Positions 20,601 through 29,569 of a stretch of 64,000 nt of DNA are shown in pieces; within the stretch, counting starts at the first letter, position 1; each line of letters opens with the position of its first letter. The translations under genes were made by a program, and so were the position numbers. The stretch is from an uncultured virus (IMG/VR IMGVR_UViG_3300028745_000006) (lineage: Duplodnaviria; Heunggongvirae; Uroviricota; Caudoviricetes): the IMG/VR virus record IMGVR_UViG_3300028745_000006, one strand, 5' to 3'. The notes under the pieces are model-generated. The model was not told where the DNA came from, did no database searches, and worked only from the letters and a program-made list of their open reading frames with translations.

Positions 20601-21113
20601 TCAGCCGGCCAGGCCAGCGATCGCCCGACAGGCGCTTGCCACGCGCAGAGCGGCCTCGGCGATCGTGCCGGCGTCAGGCTGGCCCTCTGCGCTGACCGAC
20701 ACACCGCCACGGGCGAAGACGCACCCGTAACTCGCGGCCGTTGCGTGGATGGCCTTCTCGTCCCAGGGCCAGTGGTTCGCGCTGGCGCGCTTCTGGAGCG
20801 CTACGTGGGCGTTGTCGAAGATGTGCTGCTCGCGGAGAACGACGAGCCTTGCCAGCGGAGCGTACAGCACCTCGACGTCGATGGACCCGCGCTTGCCGTC
20901 GTAGCCGCCGTCGACGACGACAAGGACCTCCTTTTCGCCCACGGGCTCCACGCGTCGAATCCCTGGCCATCGCGCGAGCGCAGCGCACTGCTGGGCGTCC
21001 AGGAAACCCATCGGGCCACCCAGAAGGCTCGACAGCTTTTTCTTCGGCCAGAAGAGGATGCCCCTGAGACTGGCGATCAGCATCCACTTTGCAATCCCAT
21101 CGTAATTCGACAC
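20601..21113 (-). CDS. Hypothetical protein
   Basis: AAGGAG RBS before GTG. Confidence 0.6.
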   Translation of the reverse strand: MSNYDGIAKWMLIASLRGILFWPKKKLSSLLGGPMGFLDAQQCAALARWPGIRRVEPVGEKEVLVVVDGGYDGKRGSIDVEVLYAPLARLVVLREQHIFDNAHVALQKRASANHWPWDEKAIHATAASYGCVFARGGVSVSAEGQPDAGTIAEAALRVASACRAIAGLAG

Positions 21114-21207
21114 GGCGTCTCCTTATCGGCGCAGCTCATCAGCTTTTGCGAATGCTCACGTTCGCCACATGCCTTGCCTGTAGCGCGTTGGCTTTTTGTT
21201 TTCGGGC

Positions 21208-21621
21208 TCATTGCCTTGCCGCCTTCAGAGCCTCGTTTTCAGCGCGCAGCGCGCAGATCTCTTTATTCGCCTCGGCGAGGTCGTGTCGGAGTTTAGCGTC
21301 TGCCGCCGCAGCTTCTTCCGAAGCGAGAATAAAGATCCACTCTCCTTGAGCCTGGGCGTGACAGACCTTCTCCTTCCCGTCGTTCACGTGGATCTGGTAG
21401 GCGGGGTAGGAGGTTTGGGCGATCTTGAGATCGCTTCCAGCGCGTTCTCCCATCTCCTCAACGACAGCAACAAGGCGCGGATCGTGACGACAGATATCGT
21501 CCGCGTAAAACGTAGAATCGTCGATGACGATACCTTGTACGCCCTCGGCATGAAGGCGTCGAAGGGCCGCCTGGGAGAGGTTGAAGAGGCCGAAGCGGGA
21601 GTGGTAGACAACCTTGTGCAT
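21208..21621 (-). CDS. Phage-type hypothetical protein with coiled-coil tail
   Basis: KVVY..FGLFNLS..RHDPRLVAVVEEMG; directly downstream of a promoter. Confidence 0.65.
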   Translation of the reverse strand: MHKVVYHSRFGLFNLSQAALRRLHAEGVQGIVIDDSTFYADDICRHDPRLVAVVEEMGERAGSDLKIAQTSYPAYQIHVNDGKEKVCHAQAQGEWIFILASEEAAAADAKLRHDLAEANKEICALRAENEALKAARQ

Positions 21622-21630
21622 GGCTTGCCC

Positions 21631-21672
21631 AGCTTAGGCCCGTCGTTCAGCTTGTCAAGATTATTTTCTTGA
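21631..21672 (-). promoter_or_regulatory. Promoter plus TCAAGA-N6-TCTTGA palindrome
   Basis: TTGACA-N16-TAAGCT; palindrome at 21655-21672. Confidence 0.7.
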
Positions 21673-21727
21673 TGACCGATGTGCGTGCCGGTTCTTCGCG
21701 CTGACTGCTGCGCCAGCGCGCTTTTGG

Positions 21728-21801
21728 CGCGAACATCGTGAGCTGCGGGTCCAGGGAGGGCCTAGGCCCTGGCGGGGGTGCCGGGGGCGGAGCCCCTGGC
21801 G
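21728..21801 (-). repeat. 70-bp repeat supplying the C-terminus and stop of the HTH gene
   Basis: Gene ends ARGSAPGTPARA-TAG inside the repeat. Confidence 0.9.
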
Positions 21802-22274
21802 CTCTTGCTCTTCACGATCTTCTCGAGCGTCTTGCGGTGAGCGGGGGGGAGCGTGCCGTGGCGAGCGCGCGAGAGAACGCTCTCGTGGATCTCGAGGTGG
21901 ACGGCGAGCTCGGCCACGGTGCGGAACCCCAGGCACTGGCGGGCGCGCTCGATCAGCTTGCCGTCAGCAGACGTAGGGGACGCGCCGGTGCGGCCGGGCA
22001 TGGCGCGGCTGCGGAGAAGGGGCAGGAGCGAGCGCGCCTCGTCTTCGGGAAAGACCTCCGACCATCCTTCTTGGAGGGCGGCGTCGTCGGGGATCCATGC
22101 TCCAGGCCGGGCATCGCCCTCGCGATGAACGGCGTACCTGGAGCCGGTGCGAACCAGGCGAAAGAGAGGGATCTGGAGTGGCAGAGGGCTCGTCATTGCC
22201 TCCCACGCAGAAGGTGGCGCGGTGGGCGCAGGAGCCGGTTCGACGAGGATGGTGGTGCGGAGGTCCCTCTTCAT
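21762..22274 (-). CDS. Protein with C-terminal HTH-like domain
   Basis: LIERARQCLGFRTVAELAVHLEIHESVLSRARHG. Confidence 0.6.
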   Translation of the reverse strand: MKRDLRTTILVEPAPAPTAPPSAWEAMTSPLPLQIPLFRLVRTGSRYAVHREGDARPGAWIPDDAALQEGWSEVFPEDEARSLLPLLRSRAMPGRTGASPTSADGKLIERARQCLGFRTVAELAVHLEIHESVLSRARHGTLPPAHRKTLEKIVKSKSARGSAPGTPARA

Positions 22275-22603
22275 GACGGACTCGCGGCGTTGAGAGGTGG
22301 AAATCCTTCCTCTTCTTTTGCATAGTCTTCCGCGCGCCGCTTGTCTCTTGTGAGCTCGTCGGCTCGTTGTCTCCCGAGCCTGTGAATGCCAGCGATGAGC
22401 GCTGGCCGGTGAACCCCTCCACAGCGCTTGTCCATCATCTGGGTGACGCGACCGTAGAAGAGCCCCAGCATGCGAACCCGCGCAGCCTCGCGCTTGCGCG
22501 CACGAGCGCGGCATCCAGCGGCGTTCTGACACTGCGGCGATTTTCCGATCAGCGCGCGCGGCGAGGTCGAGCCGCACGACGGACATTCTTCGGTGCGCTT
22601 CAT
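22271..22603 (-). CDS. Hypothetical protein with Zn-ribbon-like start
   Basis: CPSCG; ATGA coupling at both ends. Confidence 0.5.
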   Translation of the reverse strand: MKRTEECPSCGSTSPRALIGKSPQCQNAAGCRARARKREAARVRMLGLFYGRVTQMMDKRCGGVHRPALIAGIHRLGRQRADELTRDKRRAEDYAKEEEGFPPLNAASPS

Positions 22604-23298
22604 TGCCGCGCCTGGCCTTCTGCGACCGCGACGACGCCCTTGGGCCTTTGGGATCGGTGGACATGCAAGCGCTTGCGCCAAGCGATGACGGGCGGGGCCT
22701 TCGGGCTTGTCGCTTCCAGATCGATGAGGCACGCGAGATCCCCCATGGCATCGCGTAGCGCGTACGGTGGCCCGTCTCCGCGAGCGCAGGTTCCGTGCAG
22801 TGCGCCATGCGGCAGCGCCCACACCTCGACCTTTCCGTCGGGCACGCTTCGTTTCTTTGCGGTGTCAGGCCAGAGCTTGGCGACGATGGCCTTCAGCTCC
22901 TGCAAATCCACGGGCATCACGGCAGGCTTCGTCGAGCCAGAGATCTCATGGGATTCACGAAAACGATCAGCCTCGCCGCTCTCTTCTTTTTCTGCTTGCC
23001 GAGCAGCCATGAGCGCAAGAAGCGCACCTCCTGCGGGAGGCCGAGCCTCGGCCTCTTCGGCGGGTGCCATAGTCGCGCCAACGGGCGCGGCAATGGCCTG
23101 GAGCTTCGCTTTTTCGGCTTCCTTGCACTCGTAACAGCCGCAGCCGATCCCCTTCGCTCTTGCGCGTGCGCCATCCCGGAAAGCCTGCTCGGCCTTGTCT
23201 TTTGCGATTCTGTTCTCGACGAACAGTCGCGCCCAGCCGCGGTGGTCGTCGTGGTACCCCGCGAACACCATCGCGCTCAACGCGTCTTTGCGTTTCAT
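22600..23298 (-). CDS. Hypothetical protein
   Basis: ATGA coupling; CGCYEC. Confidence 0.55.
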   Translation of the reverse strand: MKRKDALSAMVFAGYHDDHRGWARLFVENRIAKDKAEQAFRDGARARAKGIGCGCYECKEAEKAKLQAIAAPVGATMAPAEEAEARPPAGGALLALMAARQAEKEESGEADRFRESHEISGSTKPAVMPVDLQELKAIVAKLWPDTAKKRSVPDGKVEVWALPHGALHGTCARGDGPPYALRDAMGDLACLIDLEATSPKAPPVIAWRKRLHVHRSQRPKGVVAVAEGQARQ

Positions 23299-23693
23299 CG
23301 TGCCCTCTTGGAATCGACGGATGCGTTGGCTCCAACGCGCTTCAGATCCTTGAAGGATCGCAGGGCGACGGAGACCGCGTCTTCGCGACCGGCCGCCTGG
23401 GCAAGGACGGCGATCTCCCGGAGCGCCGACATCGCCACGTAGAGCGGATCGTTCGTGAGCGCGATTTTTGGCCTCTGGAGCGTGGCGAGGGTGGAGTACC
23501 TCCCGCGCCAGATGGCCGGCGTCTGCGGGGTGAAGTCCGAGGGGTCCTCGGGCGAGCTCTTCCATGTGACGCGGATCGCGCTCTCTCTTGAGACCATCCA
23601 GCCATCTTGAGCACAGCCGAAGGTTTTGTAAAGATTAACTTCTTGACGCAAGGCCAGGTCAACCATCAGCCAACCGGCGGCAGGTGCGGCCAT
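23295..23693 (-). CDS. Hypothetical protein
   Basis: Coupled ORF. Confidence 0.4.
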   Translation of the reverse strand: MAAPAAGWLMVDLALRQEVNLYKTFGCAQDGWMVSRESAIRVTWKSSPEDPSDFTPQTPAIWRGRYSTLATLQRPKIALTNDPLYVAMSALREIAVLAQAAGREDAVSVALRSFKDLKRVGANASVDSKRAR

Positions 23694-24046
23694 GACGTAT
23701 CGAGCGACATGAGGACGCTGTTAGCATCGCCCAGGAGGTCACGCGGCCTCACGTGGCGGGCACCCTCAAGCGCTTCAGCGACGCCTGTAACCGTGCCGTC
23801 AATCGCGGTCTCGTCAGAGCAAACGCGAAGGGGCCGATCCGTCACCAGCATGCCGACGACGGTGTAGCGATGAAGCTCGCCTTCGGGCACGCTGACGGGG
23901 TCGCGTCGCCAGAGGACGCCGCGGAAGTGTTCTCGCGTGGGCGACGCTGTCTTCTTTTCCCGAAGAGCGTCCACTTCGCCATCGAGCATGCTGGCCTCCT
24001 CGTGCGGCTGCGACGTCAACCAGCGTAGGGCGACTCTGCCAATTCG

Positions 24047-24064
24047 TCAAGAAAGTTTTCTTGA
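24047..24064. promoter_or_regulatory. TCAAGA-N6-TCTTGA palindrome at a TTGACG-N17-TACGCT promoter (minus strand)
   Basis: TCAAGA AAGTTT TCTTGA. Confidence 0.7.
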
Positions 24065-24354
24065 GCAACCGGGCACAGGTGCCCCTAGCCCCTAGCGCTC
24101 CTTCGGCCAGAGGATGCAGACCGGCGGCGGAGGCGAGCTCTGGGTAGCGCGCTTTGCGGCGCCTTCTTCTCCGGGGCGAGTAGCACGGAGGGTCGGAGGG
24201 GGCGGCGGGATCGTCTCGGTCGTATTCGTCGTCATGGGGTGCCTCACGCGCCCGAGCCCGGCGACCTCGGGGGCCGTCGGGCATGATGCGCGTCTCGCCA
24301 GCAAGGTTACAGTGGGTAGTCGGTGGCCCTTCTCACAGAAGCCTCATGACTGCG

Positions 24355-24699
24355 TCATGCCGCGAGCCCGGCGCTGATGCGGACGAGCTCCGCCCATTTG
24401 TTCGGGTCTGCAAACGCGACCCTGGAGAGCCCGGACAGGACCGCCGCGTAGTCGGGCCGATACGCCTTCATGTGCTCGAGGCACCACGCGACCATCACCT
24501 TCTCGGTCGCGATGTGCACGCCGAAGAGAACCCAGAGGTCTACCTCGGCTTCGATCGCGTCGCGCGCCGACTCGCCGCGCTTGGCGATCTCGAGGATGAC
24601 CTTGGCCTTGGCCGCCTCGTGCGCCTTGGTGGCCACGAGGCAGGCGATCTGCGTTGCGTGGGGAGGTGGGAGGGATCGCTTCGTGGTGGCTCGCTTCAT
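24355..24699 (-). CDS. Hypothetical protein
   Basis: Directly downstream of the promoter/palindrome at 24731. Confidence 0.6.
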   Translation of the reverse strand: MKRATTKRSLPPPHATQIACLVATKAHEAAKAKVILEIAKRGESARDAIEAEVDLWVLFGVHIATEKVMVAWCLEHMKAYRPDYAAVLSGLSRVAFADPNKWAELVRISAGLAA

Positions 24700-24730
24700 G
24701 AGCACCATCTTGGGCCTGGACGGAGAATTG

Positions 24731-24748
24731 TCAAGAAAGTTTTCTTGC
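24731..24748. promoter_or_regulatory. TCAAGA-N6-TCTTGC palindrome overlapping minus-strand TTGACA
   Basis: TCAAGA AAGTTT TCTTGC. Confidence 0.7.
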
Positions 24749-24803
24749 TACCGTCCGACGGCCACTGCGGCATGCGGCAGGCATCTGCCCGCCGGCTCCT
24801 TGG

Positions 24804-25334
24804 CTAGGTGCTGGATTGCCCGACGGCGAGCGACTCGATGAGTCTGACGCACTGCGCGTTCTCCCGCTCCTTCTCCGCGGCCGTTCGGGCATTCTCCTCC
24901 GCCTCCTTCTTCAGCTCGATCGCGACCGCCTCCTCGGCGGCCTTCGTGGTCGACCGCATGGCGTCAGTGAGCGTCCCGCGGTAGCCAGGCGCCTGGAACC
25001 TCGCGAAGCCCTCGACGACGTCGACGGGGCGGCCCGAGTAGATCCGCCCACCGCCCTCGGTCTCGAGATACAGGCACCCGATGGAGTAGGTGCCGCTCAC
25101 GCCTGCTTGGTACCGTCGGGTCGGATCGTAGTGGGTGACGACCTCGTGAGCTGCCTTGGAGACGTACCTGGGGCCCGGGGTGAAGTAGTGCGAGGCGACG
25201 ATCTCGGCATCGGGGAACCGATCGCGCAGCGTGCGCAGCGTCGAGATCTTCTCCTTGGCGCGCTGGGCGACCTCTTCCCAGTCCTTGATCTGTGCGTCGA
25301 TGCTTGGATTTTTGTTTTCTTCGATGGTGTGCAT
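24804..25334 (-). CDS. Hypothetical protein
   Basis: GAGGAG RBS, 176 aa. Confidence 0.65.
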   Translation of the reverse strand: MHTIEENKNPSIDAQIKDWEEVAQRAKEKISTLRTLRDRFPDAEIVASHYFTPGPRYVSKAAHEVVTHYDPTRRYQAGVSGTYSIGCLYLETEGGGRIYSGRPVDVVEGFARFQAPGYRGTLTDAMRSTTKAAEEAVAIELKKEAEENARTAAEKERENAQCVRLIESLAVGQSST

Positions 25335-25423
25335 GGCATCTCCTCGACTCGGAGACTACCACAGCGCGCGCTTTTCGGCGCTGGGCGCTCGCGTCTTTCT
25401 CGCGAACGTTGTAACGTGCACTG

Positions 25424-25780
25424 ATGTTCACACGGCCGAAGGCTGACTTCACGAGTCCCGACGTTCTCACCCTGCTGGAGCGAGATCTTCTTGACGCTTC
25501 GTGGCGATCGCATCCAGACGCGTCGGTGCGAATTCCTCGCGGTGAGCACATGGGGGTTCATGTCCGCCCCTTTGCGCTGATCGAATGGGGCGGCACGCCG
25601 GAAGGCTTCGCGGCGCGCCAGCTTGCTGCCTACGAGCTCGGGACGCTACGCGCTCGCGTCTTCACGATCAACGAGGCCGGGCGGAAGGTCCGTGCAGAGC
25701 TCCTCGCGGAGGGCAAGATCCGCGATACGCCGCGAGACGCAACTCGGCCAGCTCATGATTGTTCTCCGCGAACGCCGTGA
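25424..25780 (+). CDS. Hypothetical protein whose stop lies inside a repeat copy
   Basis: 118 aa, FTINEAGRK wing-like motif. Confidence 0.5.
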   Translation: MFTRPKADFTSPDVLTLLERDLLDASWRSHPDASVRIPRGEHMGVHVRPFALIEWGGTPEGFAARQLAAYELGTLRARVFTINEAGRKVRAELLAEGKIRDTPRDATRPAHDCSPRTP

Positions 25781-25837
25781 GCCGCGGGGTCCAGGGCCCT
25801 GGCCCTGGCGGAGGTGCCGGGGGCAGAGCCCCTGGCG
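25767..25837 (-). repeat. 70-bp repeat between convergent genes
   Basis: GCGAACGCCGTGAGC..CCAGGGCC-CT-GGCCCTGG..GGGGGCAGAGCCCCTG. Confidence 0.9.
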
Positions 25838-25840
25838 GGT

Positions 25841-26311
25841 TCACGACTTCGCGGGCTCTTCGCGCATCTCGCGCTGGAGGGCGAAGAAGGTGCGGTGGAG
25901 CGTCTGAGCGTTGAAGGTGAGGCGCGTCACGATGGTGGCGAACCTGGCCATGGTAGCAAGATCGTCTTCCGACATTGCATCGGACAGAGAGGTCATGCCC
26001 CTGTCGAGGATGCTGAACATAGAGGCGACATGCTCGATGAGTGCGGCGATGCCTGAGCGCGTGAGGACCTCGTCGTCGTCCATGGCGCTGAAGATCGCCA
26101 TGCGCTCGGACGCAGCGCTCGCCCATGGCCTGCACGGAGCCGACAGGTGAGTGAGAGCCGCGCGTGCCTCGTCGAGGTCGATGCGCACGGCGCGGAGGAG
26201 CCTCACCTGCCGCTTGGATCGACAGTGCATTTTCCGGTAGGCCGCGTAGGTGACCGCGGCAAGGAAGATGACGCCGGAAAGGAAGTAGAGAAAGCCGTCG
26301 AAGATCTTCAT
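25841..26311 (-). CDS. Membrane-anchored hypothetical protein
   Basis: N-terminal TM helix, AGGAG RBS. Confidence 0.6.
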   Translation of the reverse strand: MKIFDGFLYFLSGVIFLAAVTYAAYRKMHCRSKRQVRLLRAVRIDLDEARAALTHLSAPCRPWASAASERMAIFSAMDDDEVLTRSGIAALIEHVASMFSILDRGMTSLSDAMSEDDLATMARFATIVTRLTFNAQTLHRTFFALQREMREEPAKS

Positions 26312-26799
26312 GAAGGCTCCTTCGGGAGCGTGGAGCAGGCCGGCGTGACGGAGAATCCTCTTTCGCGAGAGGCGATGACGGGCGTGCAGCCGTGCGGCGC
26401 AAGGACCATCACGAGTCTGCCGCTGAGTGCCGCGACCGTGATCGCCATTCCTTGCTTTCCGCGCAGCTCGCGGGCGAGAGCCGAGATGTCCCTTGCAAAA
26501 AACGTGAGCTTTTTATTGGAGCCGATCTCGCTCTCGAGCACCACGAGGGCATGCCGTGAGGTGTCGTGGTGCTCGACGAACATGGCTGTTCCTTGGTCGA
26601 TGGCCACTCTTCGGTCGTTCATCCACTTGAGAACGGCATTGTTGTCGCCCTGCGGCAGCTCGCCGGTCTCTTCTACCTCGACGCTCCAGTCTGTCGATGG
26701 CGGCCGGCGTACCGCCTGAATCAGCCTCTCCTGGAGGTTCAACTCGGCGCTTGTGCGTCGCCGGCGGGACTCTTCTCGTCTTCTTTGGTCTCGATTCAT
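26308..26799 (-). CDS. Hypothetical protein
   Basis: ATGA-coupled ORF. Confidence 0.55.
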   Translation of the reverse strand: MNRDQRRREESRRRRTSAELNLQERLIQAVRRPPSTDWSVEVEETGELPQGDNNAVLKWMNDRRVAIDQGTAMFVEHHDTSRHALVVLESEIGSNKKLTFFARDISALARELRGKQGMAITVAALSGRLVMVLAPHGCTPVIASRERGFSVTPACSTLPKEPS

Positions 26800-26807
26800 G
26801 TCTTCCT

Positions 26808-26871
26808 CGCGAACGGCAGTGAGCTGAAGGGTCGAGGGCTCAGGCCCTGGCGGTGGCAGAGCCCCTGGCGC
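26808..26871 (-). repeat. Internally deleted repeat copy supplying the BtpA stop
   Basis: Gene ends ARGSATARA-TGA within the repeat. Confidence 0.8.
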
Positions 26872-27592
26872 GGCTCTCGATCCCGTGGATCGCGTCAGCC
26901 GTGGCGCGGACGCGAGACGCGTCGAGAATGCCGTGGGCCGTCTCGAGGCTGGACGCGATGATGAAGACGTCCGTGAGGTCGAGGAACAGGGCCACGTTTT
27001 CCGGACCTACGCCCGACGCGATGGCGAGGGGCGCGTCGGGGCCAAGGGCCTCGCGCATGGCGGCGATCTTGGCGCGCGTCGGAGGCGCCCCGGTGCGCGG
27101 TCCACTGGTGGTGACGATGTCGACGCCCGAGTCGCGAGCGAGCCTGGCGGTGGCACCCAGCGCCTCGTGGGGCACCCCGCGGCCGCCCTTGAACGCGATG
27201 CCGCCGAAGTAGAGGCCGTCCCAGGCGAAGTCCTGGCGCAAGCGGCGAAACTCGGAGGCGTGGAGAAGGGTGTGTAGCCTGTCATGGTCCCTCACGACCG
27301 CATCGTCACACCAGAGGCCGTGCACGAGAGAGCTCCCGATGGCGCCAAGAGACTCGAGCGCGGTGAGGCCCAGCAGGTTCACGCCGACGAAAGATACGCC
27401 GGCGCGCACCGCGCCGTCTGCGAGCTGCACGACGTGGTCGCTGGAGAGATCACCATGCGAGATCAGAAAGACCCCGTCCGCTCCGTTCGTCATGGCGACG
27501 TGAACGGCCTCCTGGGCCTGTCGCGCCTCCAGGCAGTGGACAACGACCAGGAAGACTTTCGGCCGGCTGAAGCGCTGAAGAAGTGCGTTCAT
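26840..27592 (-). CDS. BtpA/SgcQ-like TIM-barrel protein
   Basis: GADGVFLI, GVNLL, TTSGPRTG..P, ASGVGPENV. Confidence 0.7.
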   Translation of the reverse strand: MNALLQRFSRPKVFLVVVHCLEARQAQEAVHVAMTNGADGVFLISHGDLSSDHVVQLADGAVRAGVSFVGVNLLGLTALESLGAIGSSLVHGLWCDDAVVRDHDRLHTLLHASEFRRLRQDFAWDGLYFGGIAFKGGRGVPHEALGATARLARDSGVDIVTTSGPRTGAPPTRAKIAAMREALGPDAPLAIASGVGPENVALFLDLTDVFIIASSLETAHGILDASRVRATADAIHGIESRARGSATARA

Positions 27593-27969
27593 TGTTGACC
27601 CTTTTTCTGATCCTTGTTTTTGGCGTGTAGCTTGAGCGACGCGATCACATTCGCGTTCTCCTCTGGAGAAAGCGCGGTCACAACGAAGTAGACGTGCCCG
27701 ATCCTCGCGCAGTGCTGGGGCCCGAACGCGTGCGCGTCGGCCCGCTCAGCGTAGAACCCGTCGGCCATGCTCGGGCCGCTTGCGTTGCGTCGCCACGGAG
27801 CCCAGTAAGCGCCATCCGACCTCCACTGGACGATGCTAAAGGCGCAACTCTTCCGTGCGTCCTCTTCGCAGTGGACACATGGGCAGATCTCGATCGTTGG
27901 CATGATATCCTTCAGCAGCGCCACGGACCTGGAATCCGTACGCTCGCAGGCGGCTTCCGCTTGTTTCAT
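27589..27969 (-). CDS. Hypothetical protein
   Basis: Coupled ORF. Confidence 0.5.
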   Translation of the reverse strand: MKQAEAACERTDSRSVALLKDIMPTIEICPCVHCEEDARKSCAFSIVQWRSDGAYWAPWRRNASGPSMADGFYAERADAHAFGPQHCARIGHVYFVVTALSPEENANVIASLKLHAKNKDQKKGQQ

Positions 27970-27970
27970 G

Positions 27971-28204
27971 TCAGCCTCCCATCCGGCTCGTGTCGAGTCC
28001 CGTCAGGCGCCCGATGGTGGCCAGGGCAGCTTTCGTCATGCGCAAAGAGCTGCTTCGTGAAGTGCCCTTCTGCAAGAGGGCTTCGGGGACCTGGAGAGCA
28101 ATCGCGGCGTTCTTTCGCGAGCTGTAGTTCTCCATGACGCGCTCGAGCGCGTCGGCGATCGTATTCGACTCTGACCTGAAGAGCTCGACGAGCGTGTTTT
28201 TCAT
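27971..28204 (-). CDS. Small Fis-like HTH protein
   Basis: IADALER...SRKNAAIALQVPEALL; GAGGA RBS. Confidence 0.5.
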   Translation of the reverse strand: MKNTLVELFRSESNTIADALERVMENYSSRKNAAIALQVPEALLQKGTSRSSSLRMTKAALATIGRLTGLDTSRMGG

Positions 28205-28303
28205 GTTACGTCCTCGTCATGCAACGTCCGCGCGCGTTGTCATCGACAAACGAGATCCTTCGGAGCTCGATTCGCAGGACGCTCGTCGCGTTCACGTCGG
28301 CGC

Positions 28304-29119
28304 CTACTCGAACCGAACGACGACGGCCGTGACGTTGTCCGGCCCGCCGGCGGCGTTTGCGGCGTCGACGAGACCTTCTGCGGCCGAGGTAGCATCCGGC
28401 GTGAACATGAGGAGCTCGAGGATCTCGTCGTCCGAAAGGGGACCGTGGAGCCCGTCGGAGCAAAGAAGAACTTGATCGCCAGGCTGGAGATCAAAGATCG
28501 CTACATCGGCGTAGGCAGACCGTGTGCCGGTGCCTAGCGCCTTGGAGATCACGTGGCTAAACAGAAAGTCCTTCCTGTCTCTCTCTTCCAGCTTGCCCTG
28601 GCTGACCAGCTCGTTGAAGAGGCTGTGGTCCTTCGTGACGAGACGAAGGTTGCCGTCGCGGACATGGTAAACGCGGCTGTCTCCCAGGTGAGCCACGACA
28701 GCGCCGTCCTGGCAAACAAGCAGGCAGACGACCGTCGTGCCCATCTTGTCGATTTTCTTGTCCAGCCTCGCGGCCTTGCAAATCTCGTCATTCGCAACGT
28801 TGATGGCGTCGCGAACGCGGTAGGCGTCACGCTCCGCGTTCCCGGCCAGGGGCCGCTTGGCGATCTCTCTGGCGATGGTCTCCACCGCGATCTCGGCGGC
28901 GATCTCGCCTCCCGTGTGTCCTCCCATCCCGTCCGCGACCAGGAAGAGCCGGCGCTCGGAATCGATGCCGAAACGATCCTGGTTTCCTTGCCGGATGCGT
29001 CCCGCGTGGGATGCTCCGTGCCAGGCGAGGGTGCGGTGGGTTGACGCAACGCGTGGTTCCTTTCTCCTCGGAACCGTGGACGGTGCGAGATCCGGCTCTT
29101 CGTTGGGGTCTAGGCTCAT
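28304..29119 (-). CDS. PP2C/PPM-family Ser/Thr protein phosphatase
   Basis: NQD, VADGMGGH, MGTT, HLGDSRVY, TKDHS, LCSDGL, GGPDNVT. Confidence 0.95.
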   Translation of the reverse strand: MSLDPNEEPDLAPSTVPRRKEPRVASTHRTLAWHGASHAGRIRQGNQDRFGIDSERRLFLVADGMGGHTGGEIAAEIAVETIAREIAKRPLAGNAERDAYRVRDAINVANDEICKAARLDKKIDKMGTTVVCLLVCQDGAVVAHLGDSRVYHVRDGNLRLVTKDHSLFNELVSQGKLEERDRKDFLFSHVISKALGTGTRSAYADVAIFDLQPGDQVLLCSDGLHGPLSDDEILELLMFTPDATSAAEGLVDAANAAGGPDNVTAVVVRFE

Positions 29120-29400
29120 GACAGCTCTCCCTTCTCGGGACGAGGAGTCAGGGTCACGCCTTCTCGTCTCGCGATTTCGAGGAGCCCGAGACGGAGCGCC
29201 TCTACCGCGATGTTCTGCCACGCGGGTCGCATCGCGTCGGTCCTGACTGGAGAAGCCTCCCTGAGCTCGTTGATCATCCGAAGCATGTGCCTCGGGACGC
29301 TCAAGTTTCTCGCCTTCGGCGATTCGCTCGCCGAATCGGACGTTGCCTGGCGCTTGCGCGCGGGCTTCTTCGCGGTTGCTCTCTCCATGATGTCTACCAT
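29116..29400 (-). CDS. Putative ribbon-helix-helix DNA-binding protein
   Basis: RNLSVPRHMLRMINELR..WQNIAVEALRLGL; coupled to the phosphatase. Confidence 0.5.
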   Translation of the reverse strand: MVDIMERATAKKPARKRQATSDSASESPKARNLSVPRHMLRMINELREASPVRTDAMRPAWQNIAVEALRLGLLEIARREGVTLTPRPEKGELS

Positions 29401-29427
29401 AGTCGCTTGCCCGCGAACGCGCAAGAT

Positions 29428-29480
29428 GTTACGGGGTAGGTTACGGTGTTCGTAACAGTCGGCGTAACGAAGAGCGTAAC
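29428..29480. promoter_or_regulatory. Phased GTTACG/CGTAAC hexamer array in a divergent intergenic region
   Basis: GTTACG at 29428 and 29440; CGTAAC at 29451, 29463 and 29475. Confidence 0.7.
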
Positions 29481-29569
29481 AAAGCGAGAATGTAGCCGTG
29501 TTCGATTCTGAGAATCTTCGTTTCGATGAAAGCGATGCGTTGGCGCGGGTCGTGCAGGAGGATCCTGGC

